Assembly: GCF_001194135.2 (NCBI RefSeq)
Contig: NC_069002.1
Location: 23,870,633-23,934,632, forward strand
Direction of reading: 5' to 3'
From: Octopus bimaculoides
Taxonomy: Eukaryota
DNA: 64,000 nt
The position numbers and the translations under genes were made by a program. Position 1 is the first letter of the stretch; each line of letters begins with the position of its first letter. The notes under the pieces are model-generated. The model was not told the origin of the DNA, searched no databases, and was given only the letters and a program-made list of their open reading frames with translations. Positions 38,580-52,734 of this stretch are shown here, piece after piece.

Positions 38580-39160
38580 TGATAATAGTACATGTTGATA
38601 GTAATGATGATGTTAATGATGTTCAGAATGATGTTTTTTTTTGTTGATGTAGTGGTTGTTGGTTGATGTTGACAACACTGACAACAATGTGGCACCTGTT
38701 GTTGAAATTGACAATGGCATGATTAGTGTTGAAGACATTGACAATTATGTGGTTGTTGTTGTTGTCGATGGCATTGACTATGTCATGGTTGGTGTTGACG
38801 GTATTGACAACTGTGTGACTTGTTGTCATTGGCAACAGCATGATCAGTGTGGATAACATTGACAACAGTATTGTCGGTGTGGATAACATTGGCAGCTATG
38901 TGCCTGTTGTTGGCATTTACAATGACATGGTTGATGCTGACGGCATTTGCAACTATGTGGTGGCTGTTGTTGACAATGACATGGTTGGTGCTGACGGCAT
39001 TGATTGCTTTGTATCTGTTGTTGTCAGGAATTCTTCAAATCAGAAAACGATAGAAAACGTAGATTCAGCTGTGGTAATTATGGTGACAGTCTCTGTTGTT
39101 GTTGTAATTGTTGTGGTGGTGGTGATGTGGGTGGTAGTCGTGTTGGCTGTAGTGGTATAG
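38580..39160. repeat. Diverged GTT/GAC/GAT-rich minisatellite
   Basis: Recurrent GTTGACAACATTGACAACTATGTGG-like units. Confidence 0.7.
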
Positions 39161-40812
39161 TTGAAGGAAATATTGATAGTATTTTCTGCAGGTGCCACTG
39201 ATTAGAGAATGGCAGATTTTAATTTGTGTCTTGTATTCAGTGTCATATCATTTGATGTGGAATGAAGTGGTGTAAGTGGGGGGGGGGGCATTGAAAAGAA
39301 AGAGAGAAGGAAGGACAGAGGAAACACAACAGTGAACCTTTTCAACATGTCCTCTATTTCCAAGCGATGCTTTGGCAGCTTATGTAATAAACTTTACACA
39401 GCTGGTTGTTGTTGTTGTTGTTGTTGCTGATGTTATTCTTCAGATAGGAAGTGATTAGAGATGTTGGGGTAATTCAAAAGAAAATTTTTAAGTAGATTGC
39501 AGCAGGTGATGGCCATGTTGTATGTGTGTGTGTGCGTTTGTGTGTGTGTGTGTGTGTGTTATAAGCATCTCTATGGGTGGTGAGAGGGGGGGAAGGAAGG
39601 GGAGAGAAAGAAGACAAGAAAGATGTATTTATTGTTCATGGGGAACATAATCAGGACATCACATTCTCTTACTCAGAAGATCTCATGCAAAGTAGCAGAA
39701 ATGAGAATCTTGGCCTACCTGCTTACACACACACACGCACGCATGCACGCACGCACACACGCACACAAGCACGCACGCACGCACGCACAGAGGATGTGCT
39801 CCCATACAGTTTTCATCTTCCAGTTCCACTCACAAGACATTGGTCAGCCCTGTCCCAAAATATCCTACTGTCAGACTGACCCAAAAAGCCTGTGGTTACG
39901 ATGTTAACTAAATCATACAGCCATGCCTCTGTGTGTGTGTGTGTATGTGTGTGTGTGTGTGTACCAGAAGACTTGAACTGTGACAACTTGACCATTCCAT
40001 ACCAACTTGGAAAAGTGGAAGTAAAATATGATTCTATATCATCGTCACATTTTAATGTCCATCTTCCATGCTGGCATTGGTTGGATGGTGGTCAACTAGA
40101 ATCTGATGAGCCAAAGAATCAGGTTGTGTTCCAATGTCACCTTCAATATGATTTCAAGAGCTGGATGCCCTTCGTCAGACCAACCAGTTTACAGTGTGCA
40201 CTGGGTGCTATTAGGTCCTCTTCCCATGTCACCAGTAGTAATGAGGATGACAAGTAACTTGAAAGACAAGCCCTTCCCAACAGAGGTGGGATGCAGTATT
40301 GAGGGAGGTGGCTTTGTGCCAGGTATTGAGGGGTTAATGTATGATAGAGGATAGAGGAACAGGTGTGTTGTTGTAGTGGAGATACATGCTTACTCTATCT
40401 GTTAAAATAGAAAGGTGGTGGTAAGAGGTCAGGGTACATGAGGGTGAATATGAGAGAGAATAGGAACAGAGAATCAAGGCTGGTTCATTGGATGGATAGG
40501 TTCAGAAGTGTGTGAAAGGAAAGTAACAGAATGTTAGAGATGAGGACAGAGGAGAATGCAAGGGATGAGGAAACATGGAATGGAAGCAGAGTCTGTGGGA
40601 AATCTTGGTTTAGAGGAAGGTAAAAAGTATAGAAGAGTGGGTGGGAGAAGATGAGGTAATAGATGGCAATACATGAAAAATATATATAAATGTATATAAT
40701 TTTAAGAAACATATTAAAGACTCAGGGTATTAAGGATTCTGTCAGCTTTTAAAAAAATATTGTCATATGGTATTTTTTCTTAGTTCATCCATATAGAACA
40801 CTAGATTAAGAT

Positions 40813-40857
<45 letters not shown>

Positions 40858-42280
40858 GCATGCATGCATGTATGTATATTGCATTAAGATTATGCAGTGT
40901 TACTACTCAGAGTAATCTTAGCAACAGAATAAATATTTACATTTTACTATTTTTCCTTCCCTTTGTGAACTCAAACATACATATACATACATATATACAT
41001 GCACCCCCACTAATACATATATATTTATATTTATGTATATATTTATATATATGCTGTGATGGTCTATGAAAAGGCTTTAACAAATCATAAAAATCCTGCT
41101 TTAATGCAAAGAGTAAAAAAAAAAAAAAAAGACAATGCAGCCAAAAAAGTAAATAATAACAAAAAATTTTTTTTTAAAAACTCAACAGAAAATTGCAAAC
41201 TACTCCCTCAATATAAAGTATTTTCTGGAAAAAGAAATTGGCAAAAAAAGTATTAAAAAATATATTTAAATGTAAATTGATAAATGAATTTAATCCAAAA
41301 TTGTTTTTTTCCTGGTTAGAAAGCATCACAGATTTTTTTTTTTTCTTTCATTCTTTCGAAATGCATTCTAAAATGATAACAATGACAATAGTGCTGCTGC
41401 TGCTGATGATGATGCTTTGCATTGTAATGTATTGCGAAGAATTTCAGGCAAAATGCACAGGTAAAAGAAAAAAGTAAAAAGTATTTGAAGAAATTTCCCA
41501 ATAATTGCACGTAAGAAGCCAAGCCACTCCCACCCCTCACTACCTCCCCTCAATGTATATGGGTAGAAAGAAAGAAAGAAACTACATGAATTATGGTATT
41601 GGATTCTGCAAGTAGGCAAGATGACATCAATATCTTCTTTAATTGAAAAAGAATATATGTAATATATAACATACACAACAAAATTATACACACACACGCA
41701 CATACACACATTCACACACGCGCATGTGGGTAAGTGGGTTTAAAGATGTATATGATTCTGTTTAAATATATCTGTATATACGTATGTGTGTGCGTGTGTT
41801 TACATAAATTTAAGTGTGTATGTATATATAATTGTATGTGTTTGTGTGTGTATATATATGTATGCATATTTGTGTTTATATGTGTCTACCTGTATGTATA
41901 TATGTATATATTTGTATGTGTCCTTATATATGCATGTATTTATATGTATGCTATATAATTTACACACATTCAACGCATGTGCATATATATATTATATGTA
42001 TGGATGTTATGTATATATATGTATGTATGTATGAACAAACCTATTGATATGAATATAGGTATATTACTATGTGTGCATACATGTATGTGTATCTATGCAA
42101 ATATATATATAGTTAAATATTAATAAATGCATACTTATGCCTATTATAGTATCTCACACACACACATGGACAAAATCCATATGTGATTAATGAAGTAGCA
42201 TTTGTATTTAGGAAGAGATGGCATAGAAACTTCAGTGTCTCTAATACTGAGTGCAAGCAATGAATACACTCGGACACACC

Positions 42281-42327
<47 letters not shown>

Positions 42328-45300
42328 NNNNNNNNNNNNNNNNNNNNNNNNNNNNNNNNNNNNNNNNNNNNNNNNNNNNNNNNNNNNNNNNNNNNNNNNN
42401 NNNNNNNNNNNNNNNNNGAATGCACTGACATATATACATACACATTATATATATATATCCATACACACACACACACACACAAATATAGTGTATACACACA
42501 ATACATACACAATATATCCATACATACACACACAAATATAGTATATACATACACACACATAAAGTGTATGAATGTACAGACATACACATATTCATATAAA
42601 ATTAGTGTACATTTAAACACATAAGAGGTGACCCTAGCCGGACACCTAATATGCTAGAAGGAGCAGTCAGAATCCAAACCACGGTTAGGGGTAATTTCGA
42701 GAGGAATGAAAAAAAAAAACATTTACCATATTTTGTTACTGGACCATGGTTTTGAACTTTAATTAGCAAGTAAAATAATTTCCTAGGTAAAGCTCTCATC
42801 AGCGGGTTCGTCAGAGATTAATATATAATTATGAAGCAAAATAGCCCATGTCTCATCTTCATGTATTATAATTTTTCAAATCCACTGTGCAAGCACAGTT
42901 TTAGACACACACATATTGTGTATATAAAGAAGGTACTGCTTTTGGTGTGTGCTCTGTGGCACATTGCCAGAATATAAGAATTCAAATATTGTAAATGTGC
43001 CATAGTTTAGAGGAGAAACATCCACAGAATTGATGGAGGGTTGAAATTGTTTTGGAGATACATCAGTGTTTTTTCCTTGGGTGATCTAATTAATATTAAG
43101 GGCTCAATGATGATTGAAGTAATTAGTATTAGAGGGGTTAGTAAAGTTCAATTAGATATTTCAGCGCACCTTGAAGCAAACCAGAGTAGCAAGCTGCAAG
43201 ATTTAATATTCTAAAAACTGGAATAATGGGGCTTATCTGGCTGGTTCATATCTTTTGGGTATTCCAGGAAATATTACCATTAAAAGATCTGAGCTTTACC
43301 ATTATCGAAATCATTGTAGGGCTTCTCAGCCAGAACATTAGATTCTTCGCATGAATGTTGTTCAGTAAATGATGCATCCTACATCATGCTTGCCTCGTAC
43401 CCTCACAATCATGGAAACAAAAGGTTGAAATAATTCAACTAAATCTCATCTGTCGGTGATAACAAAAGAGCTTGTAAACAGTCAACTGATCTGCTAGAAA
43501 TAGCAGTCAAATCATGCTCGACTATCTTAAAATGGAAATGATATGTTGGATAGTGTAACCATAGATGGAATGGTCAGGACTAGAATGTCTCTAATCAGGC
43601 CAGACCTGATTGAGCCCATCTTTGGCTAAACAATAACACAGAGGGCTCCTATTCATCATGCAGATGTAGGCTCTATGAAGTTTGTGTAAAGGATAAGATG
43701 TTGCTGGAGAACCCCGGAACAGAAGGCATCTGTGAAGGCCAGAAGGAGATGATGGATATGGCTTTGACATTAAAGATACATTGGCCAATGTATGTAGGAG
43801 GTTGAATTAAAGAAAAGTTAGTCACTTGACCATTTCTTTTCGGCAGGGTCTTTAAGAATTAGTTGAACAAATCAAGTAAGTTTTATTCATCATCATCATC
43901 GTTTTAATGTCTACTTTTCCATGCTTAGACTGAATTTGTCAAAGCAGATTTTTAACAACTGGATGCCCTTCCTGTCACCAGCCCTTACCTGTAATATCTC
44001 CCCATGACCAGACAGGTCTTCACAGAAGTTTTGAAATGATGGACACTGCTTCTATGTCAGTGACACTCATTTACAACTTTTACATGATGCCAAGACAAAG
44101 TGGCACTAACACACGCACACACATATACACATGCAACTGGCTTGTTTCAATTTCTATCTACTGAATTTACTCATAAGGCTTTAGTTGGCCCTGGGTTATA
44201 GCAGCGGACACTTGCCTGAGACTCCATGCAACGGAACTGAGCCACAACTGTATGGTTGAGAAGCAAACTTCTGAATCACAGCCATTTAGGTAAAGTTACC
44301 CAAAGGCCAGGTATTAGAGCAAGTGAAAGATGAAGTCAACAGACCATGAACAACTACCATTCATCTTATGGAGATTTTCTCTCACCAATTTTGCTCATAG
44401 CATCACACCCTCTGCACAAACTTCGTAGAAATGACATCTGCACTGAGACTGAAAACCTCTGCTGTTTAGCTGCAAATCAGATCTAACCTGATTGGAGGAC
44501 ATTCCAACCATGAACATGCCATCTATGACTGCATTGTCCAATCTTTTACTTGCTTCAGTCATTGAGCTGCAGCCATGCTGGGGCACCACCTTGAAGAGCT
44601 TCAGTCAAACAAATAGACCCACCCCCATTACAGAAGCTTTCTTTTTTATGCCTGGTCCTGATTTTATCAGTCTCTTGTCAAACTACTAAGTTACAGGAAT
44701 ATAAACAAACCAACACTGGTTGTCAAGCAGTGGAGGGTAACAAGCACCAACATGGCTCTGATGAAACTATAAGGCATTACTCAGGCACTCCACCATGAGT
44801 CCACCACATCTTATAGTGGACACAGCTGTAAGCCAATGAAGTTTTAAAGCTCTCTTTTCTTATATCATCATTGTTTAATGTCCACCTTCCATGCTGGCAT
44901 GGGTTGGACAATTTGACAGGAGCTGGCCAGTCAGAAGGCAGCACCAGACTTCTGTGTCTGTTTTGGCATAGTTTTCATGGTTGGATGCCCTTCCTAACAC
45001 CAGCCACTCTGCAGAGTGGACTGAGTGCTTTTTATGTGGCACCAGCAAGTCTCCAAGTAACTTGCAAGACAAGGAATAGACACACAGAACAGGGTTCCAA
45101 ATAGTCTCCATCTCTCATGTTCACTCAAAATGACACTGGTCAACCCAGGGTGACACTTGCCTAATGTGCCATTGTAGTGGGACTGAATATGTGCAAAGGA
45201 ATATTCTTCAGACATACTTTAAAGGTGACTTAGCTGCTCTTTCTGACATATCAAGTCAATTCTTACAACCTTTTACACTGTTACAAACAAATGATAATTT

Positions 45301-45635
45301 TAACTCTTTTAATCCTTGTCTTACAGTCATGTCATTATGCCTCTAGGACTGAGCCTTGGGTCACCCAGGGGTCAGAGACTAATATAAGTTACGTGTTACT
45401 GTGAATCAAGTGTCTTAAACTGTGCAGGTATGACCACGGAATGATCGAATGATATGTGCTGGGTGCAGAAGCAATATGTCTAGGGGAAGGTTTTGGTAGA
45501 AGTTACGATGCTAGGGTCTCATAAGATTCAGCCTCACAAACACAACATTGAATTACAATTTGACATAACTTCGCACTTAACCAACATTAACACTGCCTTC
45601 AAAATTGTGGGTGTATGCACATGTGTGTGTGTGTG

Positions 45636-45700
<65 letters not shown>

Positions 45701-46249
45701 NNNNNNNNNNNNNNNNNNNNNNNNNNNNNNNNNNNNNNNNNNNNNNNNNNNNNNNNNNNNNNNNNNNNNNNNNNNNNNNNNNNNNNNNNNNNNNNNNNNN
45801 NNNNNNNNNNNNNNNNNNNNNNNNNNNNNNNNNNNNNNNNNNNNNNNNNNNNNNNNNNNNNNNNNNNNNNNNNNNNNNNNNNNNNNNNNNNNNNNNNNNN
45901 NNNNNNNNNNNNNNNNNNNNNNNNNNNNNNNNNNNNNNNNNNNNNNNNNNNNNNNNNNNNNNNNNNNNNNNNNNNNNNNNNNNNNNNNNNNNNNNNNNNN
46001 NNNNNNNNNNNNNNNNNNNNNNNNNNNNNNNNNNNNNNNNNNNNNNNNNNNNNNNNNNNNNNNNNNNNNNNNNNNNNNNNNNNNNNNNNNNNNNNNNNNN
46101 NNNNNNNNNNNNNNNNNNNNNNNNNNNNNNNNNNNNNNNNNNNNNNNNNNNNNNNNNNNNNNNNNNNNNNNNNNNNNNNNNNNNNNNNNNNNNNNNNNNN
46201 NNNNNNNNNNNNNNNNNNNNNNNNNNNNNNNNNNNNNNNNNNNNNNNNN

Positions 46250-46282
<33 letters not shown>

Positions 46283-47112
46283 GTTCCAAGATGTTCTAAA
46301 ACTTCTCAAACAAGAAGTGATTCTTGGGACAACTCTCTCTTCAACACTTAGACTTTGTTAAAATTCTTCATCAAAAACAGAATCAAAAAACCAAAACAAA
46401 GACTCTGCAGTCCTTAACAGCTTTTCTGCTTCCTTCATTTTATTCTATTCTGTTTATTTTTGTCTCTATTTTCCTTCTTCCTCATATCTTTATTTATCTC
46501 AACTCCATTGTCTTCATTTTGATGAATGAGTTTCTCTGAATATTATTTAAAAAGGAAAATGAAGTAGAATCTAAAGTTAGGGTATTTCTAAACTAAAATA
46601 TTTTGATTCGACAAAGATTCTCCATTAATATATTTCAATAAATATTTTATTTACGTTTCCCTTATGTTTTTTTGTGTTTTTTTCTTGTTTCTTTTTATAC
46701 ACTATTTTACATAAACACAAGTTAAACTTGATAAAAACCATTCTAGAGAAAATAACCCAAAGTAGCAGCAGCAGCATGACGATGTATTGCCTCCTTTCAT
46801 TCTCACTTCCACTCTTCCTCTTTCTAAAAAGATTACAGCATTTTACAACCCCCCCCCCAACACACTTTTACAAATATACACATATAGACAAATATATGTA
46901 TAGATATGTACATCTACATAAATATACATGCGTGTATATATACAAATGTAAATATATAAACTATATGAATAGATAAATGTATATATTTATACAGACACAT
47001 ATAAATAGATTTATGTATAAATAATTATTGCTATATAACTATATGTATAAATAAACGTGTGTGTATGTGTGTGTGTATACATGTGTATATATATATATAT
47101 ATGTGTGTGTTC

Positions 47113-47166
<54 letters not shown>

Positions 47167-48159
47167 NNNNNNNNNNNNNNNNNNNNNNNNNNNNNNNNNN
47201 NNNNNNNNNNNNNNNNNNNNNNNNNNNNNNNNNNNNNNNNNNNNNNNNNNNNNNNNNNNNNNNNNNNNNNNNNNNNNNNNNNNNNNNNNNNNNNNNNNNN
47301 NNNNNNNNNNNNNNNNNNNNNNNNNNNNNNNNNNNNNNNNNNNNNNNNNNNNNNNNNNNNNNNNNNNNNNNNNNNNNNNNNNNNNNNNNNNNNNNNNNNN
47401 NNNNNNNNNNNNNNNNNNNNNNNNNNNNNNNNNNNNNNNNNNNNNNNNNNNNNNNNNNNNNNNNNNNNNNNNNNNNNNNNNNNNNNNNNNNNNNNNNNNN
47501 NNNNNNNNNNNNNNNNNNNNNNNNNNNNNNNNNNNNNNNNNNNNNNNNNNNNNNNNNNNNNNNNNNNNNNNNNNNNNNNNNNNNNNNNNNNNNNNNNNNN
47601 NNNNNNNNNNNNNNNNNNNNNNNNNNNNNNNNNNNNNNNNNNNNNNNNNNNNNNNNNNNNNNNNNNNNNNNNNNNNNNNNNNNNNNNNNNNNNNNNNNNN
47701 NNNNNNNNNNNNNNNNNNNNNNNNNNNNNNNNNNNNNNNNNNNNNNNNNNNNNNNNNNNNNNNNNNNNNNNNNNNNNNNNNNNNNNNNNNNNNNNNNNNN
47801 NNNNNNNNNNNNNNNNNNNNNNNNNNNNNNNNNNNNNNNNNNNNNNNNNNNNNNNNNNNNNNNNNNNNNNNNNNNNNNNNNNNNNNNNNNNNNNNNNNNN
47901 NNNNNNNNNNNNNNNNNNNNNNNNNNNNNNNNNNNNNNNNNNNNNNNNNNNNNNNNNNNNNNNNNNNNNNNNNNNNNNNNNNNNNNNNNNNNNNNNNNNN
48001 NNNNNNNNNNNNNNNNNNNNNNNNNNNNNNNNNNNNNNNNNNNNNNNNNNNNNNNNNNNNNNNNNNNNNNNNNNNNNNNNNNNNNNNNNNNNNNNNNNNN
48101 NNNNNNNNNNNNNNNNNNNNNNNNNNNNNNNNNNNNNNNNNNNNNNNNNNNNNNNNNNN
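47167..48159. other. Assembly gap (largest of about 15 N runs)
   Basis: Ns; most gaps in the window abut (TA)n or (CA)n tracts. Confidence 0.99.
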
Positions 48160-49764
48160 CTTTTCTCATAAAATTTTATATTTCATATTATTATCTTCAT
48201 TGTTTATGTTCATTTTTATAGATTTATTTTGTCTAAAATCAAAAACTCCAAGAGTTCTCGAATTTTGTGCTTTTTTTGTGTTTATTTATTATTCTTTTTT
48301 TTAATTTCATTTATTTATTTATTTATGTACTTATTTACTAACTTTTTTTTTTTTTTGTTAATTTCTTCTTTAGAGTAGATCTTATCGTTTTCTATTTTTG
48401 TTTTCTGCAACAGGAATCTTGCTGATTTCCATCATTTCCATTCCTTGTACAAGTAAAATCTCTTTGTATTCATTGGAGAATTATTTTTGTTTTTCTTTCT
48501 TTTAGCATCAAACTTTCTTTTTTTATAGTTTTCTTCTCCTCTGCATACTAAATCATGGTACCTTCACACACACACACACATATTTATTCCTCTTCTCTAA
48601 ACTAAACCTTTTTCTCATGCTCCTGATTTATTTTCCCTTATGTAATCAAGGTGCAATCTATTATTACAATATGCAGCCGAGTATATGGTGGTCTTTTTGG
48701 AATCACTTACTTCTAACAATGAAATACTTCAGAATAAATAACATTCCATGAGATTTAGGGAGGCCACCAGTTTTGTTGGAAAGTGGGTAGCTGCCATATA
48801 ATCATTTCCATTATGTGTCAAGTTTTACAGGTGCAAAAGAAAAAAATAACATCACCAGGTCACTGTGACACAGGTGTGTGTGTGTGCACGTGCATACATG
48901 CACGTGCACATATATATACATGAAAATATTCTCATTCTCTAAAGCATATGCACATATGTATATATACATGCATATGCACGTACACATACATACACACGCA
49001 CACATAAATAGATATATGTGTGTGTGTATATATATGCATATATATGCATATGTGAAGTTGCATGTGTGCTGTAGAAAACAGAAGGCATGTGTGTGTGTTT
49101 ATGCTTGACGTGCGGTCATGCATGTATTTGTTGAATAGTGATATCATTTATGTATGGTGTGTATGATAGAAAATGCAGATGTGTGTGTATGTATGCAATT
49201 TAGTTCCATCACTAGCAGTCTGGGTGTTTGATGGTTGAATGATGGTGATTGTCATGCAGTTACACTCTGTAAAGTGGTTGGCATCACGAAGTGCATCTAG
49301 CCATAGAAACCAAACCAAAACAGACAATGGTGCAGCTCCCAGACTTGTCAACTTCTGTCAAACTGTCCAACCCATACCAGCATAGGAAATGAACGTTAAA
49401 GGTTGATGATGAGGATGATGTATTATGTGTATGTCTGAAAAATGGTGTAAATATGTTGGCTATTTAACACTTTTACTGCAGAAATCAGATATATCCACTC
49501 AAAATTTCATTATTCCTAACCTTGGAAAGCAGTGTCATATAGCAGTGTCATTGTTTGTAGAGGAATATCATGTTTGAAATTATTTTCTGTTGAGATATGT
49601 CAAATTTCTTAAGGCAATGTAACTTGCAGAAAATACTAATTCTATGTTTTGGTAGATGTTTAACATCATTACTGGAATAACAATGAAATTTGATTTCACA
49701 GTAAAAGGGTTCAAGAATGTAGTTGAAAAGTTCTAAGAAGGAATATGTTATCCTGTTCTTAGGC

Positions 49765-50140
49765 ACAGGTGCAGGTGTGCACTAAGAAGCTTGCTTCCCA
49801 ACCACATGGTTCCAAGTTCAATCTTACTGTGTGGCACCTCGGGCAAGTGTCTTCTACTATAGCCTCAGGCTGACCAAAGCCTTGTGAGTGGATTTGGTAG
49901 ATGGAAACTGAAAGAAGCTCATCATATATATGTGTGTGTCTTTGCTTCTATGTTAGTACCCCACCACCACTTGACAACTGGTGTTGGTGTGTTTACATCC
50001 CTGTAACTTAACAGTTCAGCAAAAGAGTGATAAAATAAGTACCAGGCTTTTGAAAATATGTACTGGGTTTGATTCATTTTACTAAAATTTCTTCAAGGCA
50101 GTGCTCCAGCTTGACCAGTCTAGTTATTGAAACAAATGAG
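49765..50140 (+). mobile_element. SINE family A, full length
   Basis: Head, body and tail recognisable. Confidence 0.8.
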
Positions 50141-51489
50141 AGATAGAAGTTTCTCTTTGAAAGGAGTGGGGTCATAATGATGTAAGAGGTATCCATCAAG
50201 AAGCAGGAATGAAATCAACAGAAACAGCAAAATATAGGAAAATATATAAAGTCAGATAAACATTTGTGTGAAAGCTATGTTTGGAGAGACAACACCTAGA
50301 AAAGGAAATCAGAAAATATAATCGAATACATATGAGAAAAAAGGAATGGAAGCATGGAAAGATGGTGCAAAGTGGGTTCCTCCTACTGGTGTGATGTGTG
50401 ACTGCCGTTGTACTGTAATTGCTATTTTATGCTAGTAGCCACAGTAGTTACTAATCATTGGATACCGTTGTATCTCTTCATACCAGAATAATAATACACT
50501 AACTTCTCTCTTACTGTTGCTGATAGCTCCACAAGATACCAACTAGAAGTGTCGACTCAGCTCTTTGACTCTCGACCCTCACTTGATGACCAGCTACTGG
50601 TCTATTTATAATGGCTGGTTCCTACTACTTTTTACCAGATGGGGTATACAGTTTCACTATACAACAAAAGAAAAAGGAGCTATGGAGAGAGTGTTTGTGA
50701 ATTGAGAGAGCTTTGAGTGAATAACAGGGCATGATTTGGAGATAAGTTGTTTTTGGGGAAGAAATGATTATGTTAAGGGCATCTGAATACGGTAACAAGT
50801 ATAAGACATGCTGAGGTGATGCGAGTGTAATATAAGGGGTTATGAGATTAGGATCGGGTGGGGGATAGCAGGTTTATGTGTACAGAGCGCTTCAGAGTGT
50901 TTAGGTGGAAAGTCAGCTGTGATGAAAGAGTGATTTGCAAAGAACTGAATAAGCAGAAAATGAAGGAAAAGTGAAAGAAAGATGTGAGAAAATTGAAGAA
51001 GGAATACTGACATACATGTAACATATTGTGAAATGTAATTCAATATAGAAATCAATTGCATTTCTTCAATAATCACATGCATATGTGTGTATACATTCAC
51101 TCACATATACATACACACACACTCATCCAGGCACACATACAAACACATATGTGTGTGTGTGTGGCCTAGTGGTCAGGGTGTTGCATTTACAATGGCTAGA
51201 TTGTGGTGTTTGATTCCCAGACTAAGTGACACATTGTGTTCTTGAGGAAAACACTTCCTTTCACATTTCTGCTCCCCACTTAGCTTTAAATGGACAACTC
51301 CTTGACAGACTAACCTTCCAATCAATTGGGGAGGGGCGGATGTCAGCCTGTTTGCCAACGATGCAGAGCACATTGTGACCAGCAATGTAACAACATCCAA
51401 TAATGTTGAAAGTGTTTTTGGTCACTTGATTGCATGATATATACATATATGTAATTACATATATATATATATATATAATGTGGTCGATG

Positions 51490-51687
51490 CTGGGTCCATC
51501 TGACTGGCTCCTAAGCTGGTGGAAAAACACACTCTCGGAGTGGTTGGCATAAGGAAGGGCATCCAGCTGTAGAAACATTGCCATATCACATTGGAGCCTG
51601 GTGCAACCTCCTGGCTTTCCAGACCTCAGTCAAACCATCCAACCCATGCCCATATGGAAAGCGGACATTAAACAATGATGATGACGA

Positions 51688-51690
<3 letters not shown>
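51490..51690 (+). mobile_element. Retroelement family D, 3' part
   Basis: Ends GGAAAGCGGACATTAAACAATGATGATG. Confidence 0.7.
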
Positions 51691-51724
<34 letters not shown>

Positions 51725-51737
51725 CATACACACACAC

Positions 51738-52027
51738 TATTTACATTTGACGGATACTTGTCGTCATCTTGTCTGTTGTTAACACAACGTTTTGGCTGAT
51801 ATACCCTCCAGCCTTCATCAGGTGTCCTGGGGAAATTTTGAACCTGGGTTCTCATTCCTAAGACATTTTTCGATATTATTATTTGACGGATGTTTGTCCT
51901 CATCTTGTTTGTTGTTAACGCGACGTTTTGGCTGATATACCCTCTAACCTTCATCAGGTGTCTTGGGGAAATCTTGAACCTGGGTTCTCATTCCTAAGAC
52001 ATTTTTCAATATTATTATTATTATTAC

Positions 52028-52060
<33 letters not shown>

Positions 52061-52130
52061 CGTCACTGCCTGGAATTGAACTTGGAATCTTGGGGTTAGT
52101 AGCCCGTGCTCTTAACCACTATGCCATTTG
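51738..52130 (-). mobile_element. PLE-derived unit: tRNA-like head, (AAT)n, then two tandem hammerhead-like motifs
   Basis: On the minus strand: TGGCATAGTGGTTAAG...CAAGTTCAATTCC (52126-52062), then hammerhead copies at 51962-51917 and 51826-51781, 136 nt apart. Confidence 0.75.
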
Positions 52131-52369
52131 CACATAATATAGAACTGTAATATATACAGAGATAGATAGGTAGATAGATAGATGATGTTAGGAAAGAAAT
52201 TGAGCCATAGAATCCAGGCCAGTGCTGATACTGGAGTTCAACACAGTCCTGCATTTTGTTAGGTCCTGTCACTTCATCTGACCAGTGACATCGTGGAAAA
52301 GAGACATTAAATTATACTGAAGAAGATACCTACATGGATACACATTCCTGTATACATTCTTTTACGTGT

Positions 52370-52720
52370 TTCACTTATTTGACTGCGACCATGCTGGAGC
52401 ACTGCTCTGAAGGGTTTTAGATCCCAGGACTTGTTTCTTTTTCAAGCTTAGTACTTATTCTATCAATCGTTTGCTGAACCACTAAGTTACGGGGATATAA
52501 ACACACTAACACCAGTTGTCAAGCAGTGGTGGAGTGACAACCACAAAAACAAAGACATGCACACACACATATATATGATGAGCTTCTTTCATTTTCTGTC
52601 TGCCAAACCCACTCACAAAGATTTGGTTGACCCGAGGCTATAGTGGAAGACAGTGGGACTGAACCCAAAACCATGTTTGGGAAACAAGCTTCTTACCACA
52701 CAGCCATACCTGCACCTTGC
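52370..52720 (-). mobile_element. SINE family A
   Basis: Reverse complement of the family head and tail. Confidence 0.75.
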
Positions 52721-52734
52721 ATACTACAAATCGT

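Noticed and set aside
41373-41461. Signal-peptide-like + strand ORF (MITMTIVLLLLMMMLC...) ending at AG/GTAAAA
   Set aside because: Its hydrophobicity comes from CTG and ATG triplet repeats; there is no convincing downstream exon or homology.
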